The notes under the pieces: generated by a model
Databases searched by the model: none
What the model saw: the letters and a program-made list of their open reading frames with translations, nothing else
What the model was told of the DNA's origin: nothing
Program-made: the position numbers and the translations under genes
Assembly: GCF_006345805.1 (NCBI RefSeq)
Contig: NC_043021.1
Location: forward strand, 5,270,001-5,334,000
Source of the DNA: Octopus sinensis
Taxonomy: Eukaryota
DNA: 64,000 nt
Direction of reading: 5' to 3'
Shown here: piece by piece, positions 49,696-62,294 of the stretch
Numbering within the stretch: position 1 is the first letter of the stretch
Layout: each line of letters opens with the position of its first letter

Positions 49696-50354
49696 GGTCT
49701 CTTAATTATAACCCTTTACTTATCCAAAGCATTCTCATATTGTTAAGCCCTAAACGTCTATGCTTGTTTTCAGACTTAGCCCTTGTCCTGCACCTGACAC
49801 GCTAGCGTTGCTTGAAGTGGGGGTGACAGTGAGTTGTGGTCCGCCCCGGGAAGCACTTTTAAAGTGGAGGCATTTTTAGATCTGCTGTAGGCAATGTTTT
49901 TTGTGGGGTCCGGGGGTGGCACACACTCTAGCTACGCTGGTGACAGGAGAGGCAAAGGTTTAAACAAATACTATGCTTTAAAAAGCGTCCCGGTCGTAGC
50001 AAACTCCATTTTTATTCAGATAAAAACAGTAATAGCAATTTCGGGACCCTCTACGTCAGTGATGGCAAATCTTTTTTATGAAGGCATTTAATAACTGAAT
50101 GGAGGAGGAATGCAGTGTTAGTTGGGACTTAGCATGTTTCGAGCTTGTTAGGCCTCGTCAGCAAAGCAAAGTGTCAGATGTACTTAATCGAATCTAGATT
50201 ACATGGCGGCAGAAAATGATAGTGACCGACAAGTCATCGAGGGTGCTTTTACGTGGTCACTTCACCTGCTAGAAATAACAGGCAGATCTCCAAACAACAA
50301 AAATCTCATCATCTTAACAGAAGGAAATAACACATATGTAGTCCTAGATACTTG

Positions 50355-50399
<45 letters not shown>

Positions 50400-50879
50400 C
50401 AAAACAAAACGATTCTTCCACTTCAAAATTCCTCTCTCCGGGGTGGTCATGGCTGAAATGAATTTGATATATTTGCTCAATCGAGTTTGACCTGGTGTTA
50501 AACAACAACAACACATCTACCCGATCAGGGCTGATCTGAGGCACTATAAAAATCACAATAACAGCAAATTCGTTTGTTTCATCTGATATTTCCTCTCTCT
50601 CTCTCTCTCTCCTTTATTCCCACTCTTGTCTCTTATTTAATATTCATTGTGTCACGTTGACAAACTATCTCACCCATTCTTCCTCCATTGTACTCATATC
50701 TGGAGCTGTTTCTAACAATCATACTTTTATTTGATTTAGAATAAGAAAACAAATGCCAAGAAATTTCTCGGTCTACGGCGGTTATCTTCTGACACTTGGT
50801 CTTCATTTGCATATTAAAGCGGGCGCGTACACAAACATACATATGTATATACACACATACGTTTAAATGTGTGTGTGTG

Positions 50880-51282
50880 TTAAAAATGGGGGAAGGCCTG
50901 TTTATGGGATCACCCTGGGTTTCCGTCCGTAAAGGGTTTAGCTTTATGGCATATCGTCTGACCACAAAACCTTAGCCCAGTGCTTTTCAAACTTTTTGCT
51001 GGAGCGGAACCCCAAGGAAACATTCCACTGGCTCGGAGAACCCCTGTGCAATAATTTAATAGTCTTATGCACACATATCTGCACAGGAAAATTAAGAATT
51101 ACTGCCAATTTTAGCAGTTTTGTAACTTCTTGCAGAACCCCTGGACTGTACTGGCAGAACCCTGGTTGAAAACCACTGTCTTAGGCCAACAGGTCTTGGG
51201 GTCTGACGATACGCCATAAAGCTAAACTTTTTATGGACGGAAACCCAGGGTAATCCTATAAACCGGTTTTCCTCGTTTTTAA
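50880..51282. mobile_element. TTAA-bounded foldback element with ~90-bp arms (Kolobok-like termini possible)
   Basis: 50880-50971 pairs imperfectly with 51193-51282; both ends are TTAA followed by purines. Confidence 0.7.
50978..51178. mobile_element. hAT-type MITE nested in the foldback centre
   Basis: CAGTGCTTTTCAA / TTGAAAACCACTG TIRs; 8-bp TSD ccttagcc / tcttaggc. Confidence 0.85.
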
Positions 51283-51340
51283 TATATATACCGCTCCACA
51301 TCTTAGAGTGTGCTTCTCTGGATCTATGTGTTCTGCAAGC

Positions 51341-51377
<37 letters not shown>

Positions 51378-51880
51378 GTATGCATCTGAGTGCGCGCTCG
51401 CGAGCTGTTATTTCTTGCAGATTAAACCAACTACGTAGAGGCTGTCATTGAAGACGGTGACAGAATCCATTCAGTACTGCATCAATAAAGTATTTGGTTG
51501 ATTTAATCCCACCACCAATATTGCAACCTGGCCTAGTGTCACATTTATCATTCAATTGGTTTACATTCTTTCTTTTTTCTCTCTTCCTTTCTCTTTCTTT
51601 CTTCCCTCTTCCTCTCCCTCCTCTTCCTCTCATCATCATCATCGACGTCGTCGTAAAAACTCGAATTGATGGCAATAACATTAAACAAGGCTTGGTCCTA
51701 ACTCGATCGTTCACCGTCAGCAGCAGCAGCAGTTGTAACCGGATCTGGTTTGGCTGGTTTCTTGTTCGTCGGCATCCATTACAATATCTTCACTGATGAG
51801 AATTTTACGTGGATTGGTTGATATTTACTATCCTTGTGTATATCATTATAATGTATGTCACCAAAAAGTCGGTCCAAGGA

Positions 51881-52304
51881 TCTTAGTCTTAATATAATTG
51901 CGTTCACATCTAGAATGCTTTTATAAGACTATTATCCAAATATGTTATATTTTTATGTGGCTGTATATTGTCTGCTCCAAGGAGCTATATGGCCCTTTTG
52001 ATTCCAATAGGATACGTTATTACTGGAAAAAATCGGTTAATTACATCATATGTGGCACACATAGCAAACCAATTTTTCTGCGATTGGGTTGGGTGTGCTA
52101 AACAAAACCAGAAAATGCACTTTGACTGTCATAGATTTTCTTCATGCATGCAAGGGAACGGTGCCTTGAATGCCTTAATGCCTTTTAGGCTTCATTTTAC
52201 AAAATAACGGTTCAATGAGTACAAAAAAAGGGTAAAAAGGTAAAGGGCATTGCTTATCGGCAAAGTTTCTTACATACCCGGGCAACGCCGGGCTATGCTG
52301 CTAG
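51881..52304 (+). mobile_element. Helitron 3' end (5' boundary uncertain)
   Basis: CCCGGGCAACGCCGGG-N8-CTAG|T ending at 52304, same architecture as 8951. The A|TC at 51880/81 is only a candidate start. Confidence 0.6.
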
Positions 52305-52547
52305 TATTAAATAATGGTATAAATAGTAACTTTGATCCAAAGGATATAATTAAGTTTTGATTTATTAAAATTAATTTTTGTTTTATTTACTTGAGAATCC
52401 AAACTTATTAATTTAGCACTTCAGCTTATGTTTGCATTTAATTTTTCTTTCATCCTGAGCATTAAACGATGTTGTTTTAGCCCATAAAATCTCCATGAAT
52501 TCGTGAGTACACAACAGACAGAACTTATTCCCCATTCTATATGAATT

Positions 52548-53206
52548 CATCATCATCATCATCATCGTCGTTTAACGTCCGTTTTCAATGCTAGCATGGG
52601 TTGGACGATTTGACTGAGGTCTGGCGAACCAGATGGCTGCACCAGACTCCAATCTGATCTGGCAGAGTTTCTACAGCTGGATGCCCTTCCTAACGCCAAC
52701 CACTCCGAGAGTGTAGTGGGTGCTTTTACGTGCCACCGGCACGAGGGCCAATCAGGTGGTACTGGCAATGGCCACGCTCAAATGGTGCTTTTTATGTGCC
52801 ACCTGCACACGAGCCAGCCCAGCGGCACTGGCAACGAACCTCGCTCGAATGCTTTTTCACGTGCCACCAGCACAAGTGCCAGTAAGGTAACGCAGGTAAT
52901 GATCACGCTCGAATGGTTTTTTTTACATGTCACTGGCGTGGAGGCCAGCTAGTTGCTCTGGCAACGATCATGCTCGTATGGTACTCTTAGCGCTCCACTA
53001 GCACAGATGCCAGTCATCGAATTTAATTTCGATTTCACTTGCCTCAACAGGTCTTTGCAAGCAGAGTTTAGTGTCCAATAAAGGAAAGGTACGCATAAGT
53101 GGGCTGGTTACACCCCTGGCATAGCTCACAAGGTTGTGGTCTCATTTGAGCTTGCCGAGTCTTCTCATGCACAACATATTTCCAAAGGTCCCAGTCACTA
53201 GTCATA
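52548..53206 (-). mobile_element. 5'-truncated RTE (family R) with expanded UTR repeat units
   Basis: Minus strand reads MTSDWDLWKYVVHEKTRQ; homologous to the 14710 copy; (GAT)n tail. Confidence 0.85.
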
Positions 53207-55835
53207 ACAGACAAATATCCCACTACTACCATCACCACCACCTCTCAAAATATTAATGAAATTTTCCCCCTCCATTCCCGTTATTAACAAAACGACAGAA
53301 GAGTTTTGTATCGGTGTAATTCTTCTTTCTTCACCATGGTGTTGGACAAGTTTAAAAGAATTAAAAAAACAACAAAATCTTAATTTGTTTTCTTGATTAG
53401 ATGGTCTGCTACTTTTGAATGGTCTCCTCTCTATGGAGGTATTGAAGCCAGATCAAAAGGTGTAGATTTAATGGCACCGGATATAATAATCCGCGGTGTT
53501 TCAATTAGCTTGGTGCCGATCTTAATTGTATGAGGAAAACTATGTGAATACTGTATGGCACTACATGAATATTGAATGTGTACGGACGCCATTTTGAACA
53601 CTGAATAATCAAAATCAGATTAAAATATTATTGGTCATTGAGCTAATGTTTTCTTCTCACCGCATAAATATTATTAATTCATTAGATTTTTCTGTTTGTC
53701 TCTCTCTGATTGCACTGGCTACTCAAAGCAAGACGATAATATATGGATGACGAGAATGCCATAATTTTTGTGCTCTCTCTCATATATATATATATATATG
53801 GATAAAATCTTTCTCTCTCTCTCTCTCCAATTGCGCCCACTACTAAATGAGATGGTAGAACGCTTGCTTAGCATGCAAGTGGTATAAGGATCATTATTCG
53901 GATTCTCCAGGTACATAGTTTTTGTTTTTGTAGTGCACGTGACCATTGTATGCAATAGACTCATTATTATTAGAAAATATCCTTAAGGTGGCGTGCTGAC
54001 AGAATCGTAAACATACTGGATAAAATGTTTAGTGACAGTTGTTCTAAGTTCAAATTCCGCCAAGGTCGACTTCGTTTTTCATTCTTTCGGGGGTCGATGA
54101 AATGAGTATTAGTGGGGAAGCGATGAAATTGACTTTATCCCTCCCCCAAAATTTCAGGTCTTGTGCCTATAATAGAAAGGATTATTAGAAAATGCCTTAA
54201 GGCGGCGTGGTGGCAAAATCGTTAGCACACCAGACAAAATACTTTGCAGCATTCTTTCTGTCTCTACAATCTGAGTTCAAATGCCACCGAGGTCGAGTTT
54301 GCTTTTTATCCTTTCAGATTCGATAAAGTACCAGTTGAGCACTTGCGAGGATTTAATCGACTTGTCCCGTCCCCTAAAAGTACTGACCTTGGGCCAAAAA
54401 TAGAATAATTAGAAAATTCCTTGCGGTATTTGTTATTTTACTGTGTATGTGTGTTCTTAGTTTACATCCAGCCGAGGTTGTCAATTTTACCTTTCATCTT
54501 CCCCGGAGTCGATAAAAGAAAACGTACTTGTCGAATATGAAATCGATTTAATGAATAAACCTCTCCTCCCGAATTCCAGGCCTTATTACTAACATGAAAT
54601 GTAATAGGAGTTGAGAGATGTCAGCCGTCTCAAACGACCAGTTGACATATGCAGAAATTGTTAGATTGTTAATACAGCTCTAAGTGACGAAATTGGTGCG
54701 TGTAAGGGATTGTTAATGAAACTACGCCAGTGACGAAAATCGTGTGTGTATGTGTGTGATTTTGTCGGATTGAAGTCTTTAAGTTAATGTAACATTTCAA
54801 ATCCAGATTTAGGTTATGTTGTTAGTATAAATGACAGTGTGAATGCGCGATGTGATTTTACTATAGTCATTATTATTATTATTTTTCTTTTTCTGCTGCT
54901 GACCTTTTGACGATATTTTTACTTCAAACTACTTTACTTTTTGTCTTTCTAAATTATAGTCTTTCACCAAAGCAATCTCTTCTGACCTTGTCTTGATAAA
55001 TCGACTTAAAACATGAGCAAGCATAGTTTAAAAAAAGTAAAAGGGAAATATTTGCAATAACAACATGTATATCCCAGTATCTTTCGTTTTATTGAAATAG
55101 TTCTTTACTCTTACGAATAAAGGTTAACTTTGTTGATTTGTTTTATGAATTTGGTCGGGAAATTATGTCCTTTTTTATGAGATGGCGGAGAAATTATTAT
55201 TTTAATGAACGGACGAAATTCGTTCCTTCTCTTCTTTTTCTCTTTCTTCCCTGTGTTTTCGATTTTTCGTTTTTGTGTGTCTTGTCCTGTCTTCACTTAA
55301 ATTCCATTCACATCCTTGGATGCTGCACAGGAATATAAAATGGTTCCAGGCTTTCAATGGTCGTTTATTTTATCGACTCTGCAAAGATGAAAGGTAGAGT
55401 TGACCTCTGAGGGATTTGAACTCGGAACTAAAAGGGTCGTAATTAATACCGAACGGCATTTTATTTTTGTCGGCTGCTCTAACGATTCGGAAAATCAAAG
55501 AAAATGCTTTTTCTTTTAATATTCCTGTGGCATATTAAAAATTCAAGTATTCTGTGTATCGGAACAGGGTCGGACTATCTTTCAACATAAGGTGGCGAGC
55601 TGGCAGAATCGTTGTTAGCACGCCGGACAAAATGCATCTCAGTATTTCGTTCGTCTTTACGTTCTGAGTTCAAAATTCCGCCGAGGTCGTCTTTGTTTTT
55701 CACCTTTCGGGGTCGATAAAATAAGCACCAGCTGAGCACTGGGGTCGATGTAATGAGCTTACTCCCTTCCTCAAAATTGCTGGCCTTGTGCCAGAATTTA
55801 AAACCATTATATATATATATAATATATATATATAT

Positions 55836-55866
<31 letters not shown>

Positions 55867-56088
55867 GCAAAAACTGTCCGATGAACGGCAACGGGAAACT
55901 CAGAGTAACATATTTTGTTGAATTTTCTGCTGCTTTAAATAAAGCATATTACTCTACCACTGGTATTTGAGTACTCTTTTTTCCACCTTGTTTCACATTT
56001 ATGTGTTTACTCCGGTATATATATATATATATTACGGAGATGTACTTGCATAGCAAGTGACCTGATATGAGATCTTGTGATGGAACGA

Positions 56089-56743
56089 AAACAATGGCAG
56101 CGTGGAATGTGTTTATAAGCCATTTAAGAAACACAAAAACTGTTAGACTCACTTCAACATTTAAATTTAATTTTTCAAAATATTTTCGTTGCTTTGAAAC
56201 TGCGACCTGTTCACTGACATAATTCTGTGCAGCCAGAATCTTGTCAGTGAACAGGTCACGGTTTCAAATCGAGGAAAATATTTTAGCAAATTAAATTTAA
56301 ATGACTAGCACTATGACCCGGCAACGCCGGGTCATAGTGCTAGTGCATGCATATACAGCTGCGTGTGTGCGCATATATGCGCGAGTACTGTCCAAATCTC
56401 TGACCAATCGCATACAGCTAGCTGGTATTCAATTGGAGTATCAAGTATCAGGCATTTTGATTGGGTTTTGGATAGAAAATTCACAAAAAAGTCACTTCTA
56501 TTGATTTTTTTAATGGCTTTGCAGGGTGACTGGGGAAATGTAAAGATGTGCACGACCACCCTTGGACAGTTTTGAATGACCATAGAAAGTGCGAGCCTTC
56601 TAACTGAAAAATTGTGGATTTGTATAAAGGACACACACACAGACAGACATTTTGCCGTTTATATATAGAGAGATGAAGTGAATCTAACGGTTTTTGTGTG
56701 TTTCTTAAATGGCTCATAAACACCTTCAACACTGCAATTGTTT
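56089..56743. mobile_element. Foldback/MITE-like palindrome interrupted by a Helitron
   Basis: Left arm 56089-56220 pairs with 56241-56304 joined to 56674-56743 once the Helitron is removed. Confidence 0.85.
56305..56673 (-). mobile_element. Non-autonomous Helitron
   Basis: Same 5' end as 8951 (A|TCTCTCTATATATAAACGGCA); CTAG|T 3' end; no TSD; different interior. Confidence 0.88.
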
Positions 56744-56951
56744 ATATATATATATTCTTTTACTCTTTTACTTGTTTCAGTCATTTGGCTGCGGCCATGC
56801 TGGAGCACCACCTTTAATCGAGCAACTCGACCCCAGGACTTATTCTTTTTGTAAGCCCAGTACTTATTCTATGGTCTCTTTTGCCGAACCGCTAAGTATC
56901 GGGGACACAAACACACCAGCATCGGTGCTAGGGGGACAAACACACACACAA

Positions 56952-56983
<32 letters not shown>

Positions 56984-57666
56984 GTACATATATACGACGG
57001 GCTTCTTTTCAGTTTCCGTCTACCAAATCCACTCACAAGGCTTTGGTCGGCCCGAGGCTATAGCAGAAGACACTTGCCCAAGATGCTACGCAGTGGGACT
57101 GAACCCGGAACCATGTGGTTGGTAAGCAAGCTACTTACCACACAGCCACTCCTGCACCTATATATACATATATTATACACACATACGCATGTGTGCCTCT
57201 GTGTGTGTATTTTGTCTTTACTTGATGGACATAAAATAGATAAAGGTATAAATAGTAGCGTGGAAGTATTAGGTTAAAAACCCCCAATATTTACAGCTCA
57301 TTATTCATTCTTTATCAAATTCGAATTCAGCCATTAAAAACAAATTATTTCATGTTTATAATTTCTAATGATGTAGCCAGCCCCCACATACACAAGCAAA
57401 CATATATTGTTCCTCGAATACCAAAAGTAGAATAAAATAATGTTTTATTGAAACTGAGAAAACTTTAGAAACTCTTACTCAAAGTTTCATGTAATCAATC
57501 ATCAGACACCCCTGAGTATTTTAAACAATATGATGCTTTATAAATGTTTATTGACATTTATAAACTAATCATGAGATTCAAAATACTCAAGAGTGTCTGC
57601 TGATCATTTACATGAAACTTTGAGTAAACATTTTTGAAAGTTTTTGCAGCTTCGATAAAATACTTA

Positions 57667-57704
<38 letters not shown>

Positions 57705-57719
57705 GTGTGTGTGACCGCG

Positions 57720-57922
57720 TGTGTACTGTTGGCGATTTTTTTTTTTTTCCTCCATCTTCCCTTCTTTGGATCTTTCCTTTTCTTATGTTCCTGACGAAGA
57801 GCTTCGCTCGAAACGTTAAACCCTCCTTCTTCCCTTCCTTCCCGAGCGTCCAATAATACTATATTTGTTCCACGTCCTCGCGTTGTTGTGTTTTCTCTTT
57901 GTGTTTTCATGTTTGGATTAAC
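57720..57922 (+). mobile_element. Hammerhead-motif repeat, copy 2 (intact CUGACGA/GAAA core)
   Basis: gttcCTGACGAaGAGCttcGCTCGAAAcgTTaaac at 57787-57821; flanked by (TA)n. Confidence 0.75.
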
Positions 57923-57927
57923 TTTTT

Positions 57928-57985
<58 letters not shown>

Positions 57986-58504
57986 ATGAAATGGTTGTTG
58001 GAGGTGACAAGAATTGGCTAATTATTCTTATGGAATTTACTGATGCTGATATTTTTCGCCCAGTAACCTTTCTGCTAATCCAATGGAGCAATAAAGACTC
58101 TTAGTTGATAATTGTTTGCAATTTAGGTTGGAGAACTATGCTTTTTTTTCATTTTTTCATTTTTTTTTTTATTCGTGCTCCCTTCCTTCTTATCTGTTGC
58201 TGTCAGTTTGTTTTTTTTAAAGATTGGGGTGGTGACAGGAGGAATGAAGTTAGGGAAATTATTATGCATATGTGTGGGTTTGAATGGGGTTTATGTGTGG
58301 ATTATGTGTACACACACGTATACATACACACAAATGTGTGTGTGTTGCACAGCTGTAGGTATGTGGTAAGAGGTTTGCTTCCCAACCATATGGTTCCGGG
58401 TTCAGTCCCACTGTGTGGTACCTTAAGCAAATGTCTTCTGCTATTGTATTGGACCAACCAAAGCCTTGTAAGTGGATTTGGTTGACAGAAGCTGAAAGAA
58501 GCCT

Positions 58505-58544
<40 letters not shown>

Positions 58545-58749
58545 TCCCCCACCACTGCTTGACAACTGGTGTTAATGTATTTATGTCCTCGTAACTTAGC
58601 GGTTTGGAAAAAAGAGACTGAGAAAGAACCAAGCTTAAAAAAATAAGTACAGTGGTAATTTCGTTTGACTAAAGGTGGTGTCGCAGCATGGCCACAATCT
58701 AATGTCTGAAACATAAGATATATTTGTCTATAAGTACATATATGCGTGT

Positions 58750-58796
<47 letters not shown>

Positions 58797-58892
58797 GAGA
58801 TGGTAGAGCAAACAGGATAACTCTCTTTCTCTCTCTCTCTTTCTTTCTCTATTTCTCTCTCTCTCTCTTTCTTTCTCTCTCTCTCTCTTTCT

Positions 58893-58937
<45 letters not shown>

Positions 58938-59394
58938 AATGTCGGTAAAGATGGAGAAAGGGTAAAGTTAGACGAACTACAGAATTCTCGACTCCACCTT
59001 TTTGTAATTTCCATATGACTCAATAAATAAAAGACACACCAAAACATTGAGAAATTGGAAGCTTTGGTTCATTGTCATTACTATAACATTTTCGTTTTTG
59101 GTGTTAACCAAACAACATCCTGTATAGTGTGGCGTGTGTGTGTGTGTGAATGTCTATGTATTTGTGTATATGTTGTTATATTCATGGATTTTTCGGTTGC
59201 TGTCACTGATTTGATAATTTGATGCAAGTTTCCATGCTGAATCTAAATTTGGGTTTCAGTTATTCCCAGAAAGATTTAGAGAAAAATGTTACAGAGGTGT
59301 GTAATGTGTGTAATGTATAAGTTATATTTGTCTTTTGGTATTTGTATGCATATTTACATGTGTATTTGTGTAGGTGTGTGTATATATATATCGT

Positions 59395-59782
59395 GGAGGC
59401 GCAATGGCCCAGTGGTTAGGGCAGCGGACTCGCGGTCATAGGATCGCGGTTTCGATTCCCAGACCGAGCGTTGTGAGTGTTTATTGAACGAAAACACCTA
59501 AAAAGCTCCACGAGGCTCCGGCAGGGGATGGTGGTGATCCCTGCTGTACTCTTTCACCACAACTTTCTCTCACTCTTACTTCCTGTTTCTGTTGTACCTG
59601 TATTTCAAGGGGCCGGCCTTGTCACTCTCTGTGTCACGCTGAATATCCCCGAGAACTACGTTAAGAGTAAACGTGTCTGTGGAGTGCTCAGCCACTTACA
59701 CGTTAATTTCACGAGCAGGCTGTTCCGTTGATTCGGATCAACCGGAACCCTCATCGTCGTAACCGACGGAGTGCTTCCATCC
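59395..59782 (+). mobile_element. Family C tRNA-derived SINE, full length
   Basis: ggaggcgcaatggcccagtggttagg A-box and gtttcgattccc B-box; body not tRNA-like after ~70 nt. Confidence 0.85.
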
Positions 59783-59791
59783 CATATATAT

Positions 59792-60330
59792 ATCATCATC
59801 CATCATTTTGAATCTGGGTTTTGAATCATTTGGAATCCTGGCCACCCCTTTAACAGGGGTGGCCAGATCTACCTCAGTGCCATAGCAACCGTCCTCACAC
59901 CATCTCACCCGGTTTCGGGCATACTCCCTTCTCAAGCCGACCCTCCCAATCTCCTCCACCACGTGTCCCCTCCACATTTTCCTTGGTCTACCTTGCTTTT
60001 GCTGTCCATTTACCTCAAACTCTAGCACCCTCTTCAGAACATGCCTCCTCAACACAACATCCCTCCTCAACACAAAATCCCTCCTCAACACAAGCCCTTA
60101 CCACCGCACTCCATTCGCCCTTACCAGCCATTCCACTGATTCCTCCAGCCCCAGCATCCCCATCAAGTCCTCAGTCTTCTTCTTATCAAACAGACTCACG
60201 CCCCACATTTCTCTCACCATTGCTCCCTCAGTCCTTCTCAAAATTACCATCTCTCTCTCCCCCCCTCAAACACCACGTCTCACTCCCATACAGCATTGCA
60301 GCTCTTACACAACTCCTTTAGACCTTTCCT
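59792..60330 (-). mobile_element. RTE LINE 3' fragment
   Basis: RAAMLYGSETWCL...VRW*GLVLRR...QGRPRKMWR...RWC; 18-bp unit triplicated at ~60043-60095; GAT tail. Confidence 0.87.
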
Positions 60331-60435
60331 TTCATCTTCTGTTGCTTCCTTTCTGTTTCTTATTGCCACGTTCTCCCTCTTTGTTTCTCTGTGCATAGAG
60401 CGGGTCACCTTAAGCTAGTTATATATATATATATA

Positions 60436-60623
60436 GTGTGTACCGTTGGCAATTTTTTTTCCTCTGTCTTCCCTTCTCTGGATCTTTCCTTCTCCTATGT
60501 TTCCGACGAAGAGCTCCGCTCGAAACGTTAAACCTTCCTTCTTTCCTGAGCGTCCAATAATACTATATTTGTTCCACGTCCTCACGTTGTTGTGTTTTTT
60601 TGTGCTTTCTTGTTTGGATTAAC
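60436..60623 (+). mobile_element. Hammerhead-motif repeat, copy 3
   Basis: gtttCCGACGAaGAGCtccGCTCGAAAcgTTaaac at 60499-60533; flanked by (TA)n. Confidence 0.72.
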
Positions 60624-61381
60624 TATATATATATATATATCATCATCATCATTTAACGTCCGCCTTCCATGCTAGCATGGGTTGGACAGTTCAACTGGGG
60701 TCTGGGGAGCCCGAAGGCTGCACCAGGCCAGTCAGATCTGGCAGTGTTTCTACAGCTGGATGCCCTTCCTAATGCCAACCACTCCGAGAGTGTAGTGGGT
60801 GATTTTATGTGCCACCGACACAGGTGCCAGACGAGGCTGGCGAACGGCCACGCTCAAATGGTGTTTTTTTTTTTTTTAATAAATATATATATATATACAC
60901 ACACATACACGTGCGCACACGTACACACATGTGTGCTTACATTTGGAGAAGAGGATCAATGACCACAGTCTATAAGATGTGATATAAATAGGAGACTCCA
61001 TCCAATTTTTTTAAACTGATGAAAAACTTTCACTGATTAGATTAAATTAATGACTCAACAAATTAGTTCCATAATGTGTGTGTTTTAAAGAGATAAAAAT
61101 AAATAACCATTTTTGACTAAACAGCTACTTGGTTTCTTCCAATGAAATTTTTATAATAGAGTTCATTGGCAAAATCATTAGATCGTCAAACAAAATGCCT
61201 CGTGGTATTAAATTATGGCTTTTAATGTCCTGAGGTCAATTTTATTTTTCATCCTTCTGGAGTGAAACAGACAGAATACCAGTCAAGAACTGGGTTGATT
61301 TATATTATCATTATCACCATCCTCGTTGTCATCGTTTTAATATTCAGTTTTCCATGTTCATGTGGGTCGAATGGAATATAT

Positions 61382-61607
61382 ATTTCTTTACTACCCACAA
61401 GGGGCTAAACACAGAGGGGCCAAACAAGGTAAGACAAGCAGATTAAGTCGATTACATTGACCCCAGTGCGTAACTGGCACTTAATTTATTGACCCCGAAA
61501 GGATGACAGGCAAAGTCGACCTCGGCGGAATTTGAACTCAGAACGTAACAGCAGACGAAATACGGCTACGCATTTCGCTCGGCGTGCTAACGTTTCTGCC
61601 AGCTCGC
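61382..61607 (-). mobile_element. Family A SINE monomer with TSD
   Basis: gaatggaatata direct repeats on both sides. Confidence 0.85.
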
Positions 61608-61896
61608 TGAATGGAATATATTGAAGTAGATTTTCTGTCTCCCCTTTTCAAGAATATAAAGTATGATTTGAGCAAGTGGTTTGGTTGCTATTTCTAGCAG
61701 GCTATGTGGGGCAAACTGCAGCTTGTGGACTTTGTGAATAGCATGCCAGTGAAAAATTATGTCGAATTTTCTTAGTAGTACAACTTGCCTTACGATAAGC
61801 CATGTCTCATGTGACCTGCTTCTCATACATATGAAACTCTTTGGCCCGAGTAAAACACAAAGAATATTAGCAGGAATGTATCTGATATCCAATAGG

Positions 61897-62130
61897 TAGG
61901 CACGTAAAAAACACCATCCGATCGTGGCCATTTGCCAGCCTCGTGTGGCACGTAAAAAGCACCCACTATACTCACGGAGTGGTTGGCATTAGGAAGGGCA
62001 TCCAGCCATAGAAACATTGCCAGATCAGACTGGGCCTGGTGCAGCCTTCTGGCTTCCCAGACCCCAGTTGAACCGTCCAACCCATGCTAGCATGGAAAGC
62101 GGACGCTAAACGATGATGATGATGATGATG
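61897..62130 (+). mobile_element. RTE family R 3' UTR fragment
   Basis: Near-identical to the 2340-2553 segment; (GAT)n tail. An opposite-strand copy lies at 60641-60870. Confidence 0.82.
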
Positions 62131-62234
62131 AACCTTCTTACAGGACATTATCTTCTGGACACAGATGTTATTTACCAGAGACTGAACAGAAAATAACAAA
62201 AGGCAGTGATTATATATTTGAGAGGAAAACATGC

Positions 62235-62260
62235 GCACACACACACACACACACACACAG

Positions 62261-62294
<34 letters not shown>

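Noticed and set aside
59395-59470. Possible tRNA gene
   Set aside because: Has A and B boxes but no complete cloverleaf or acceptor stem, and continues into a repeat body shared with 47085; it is a SINE head.
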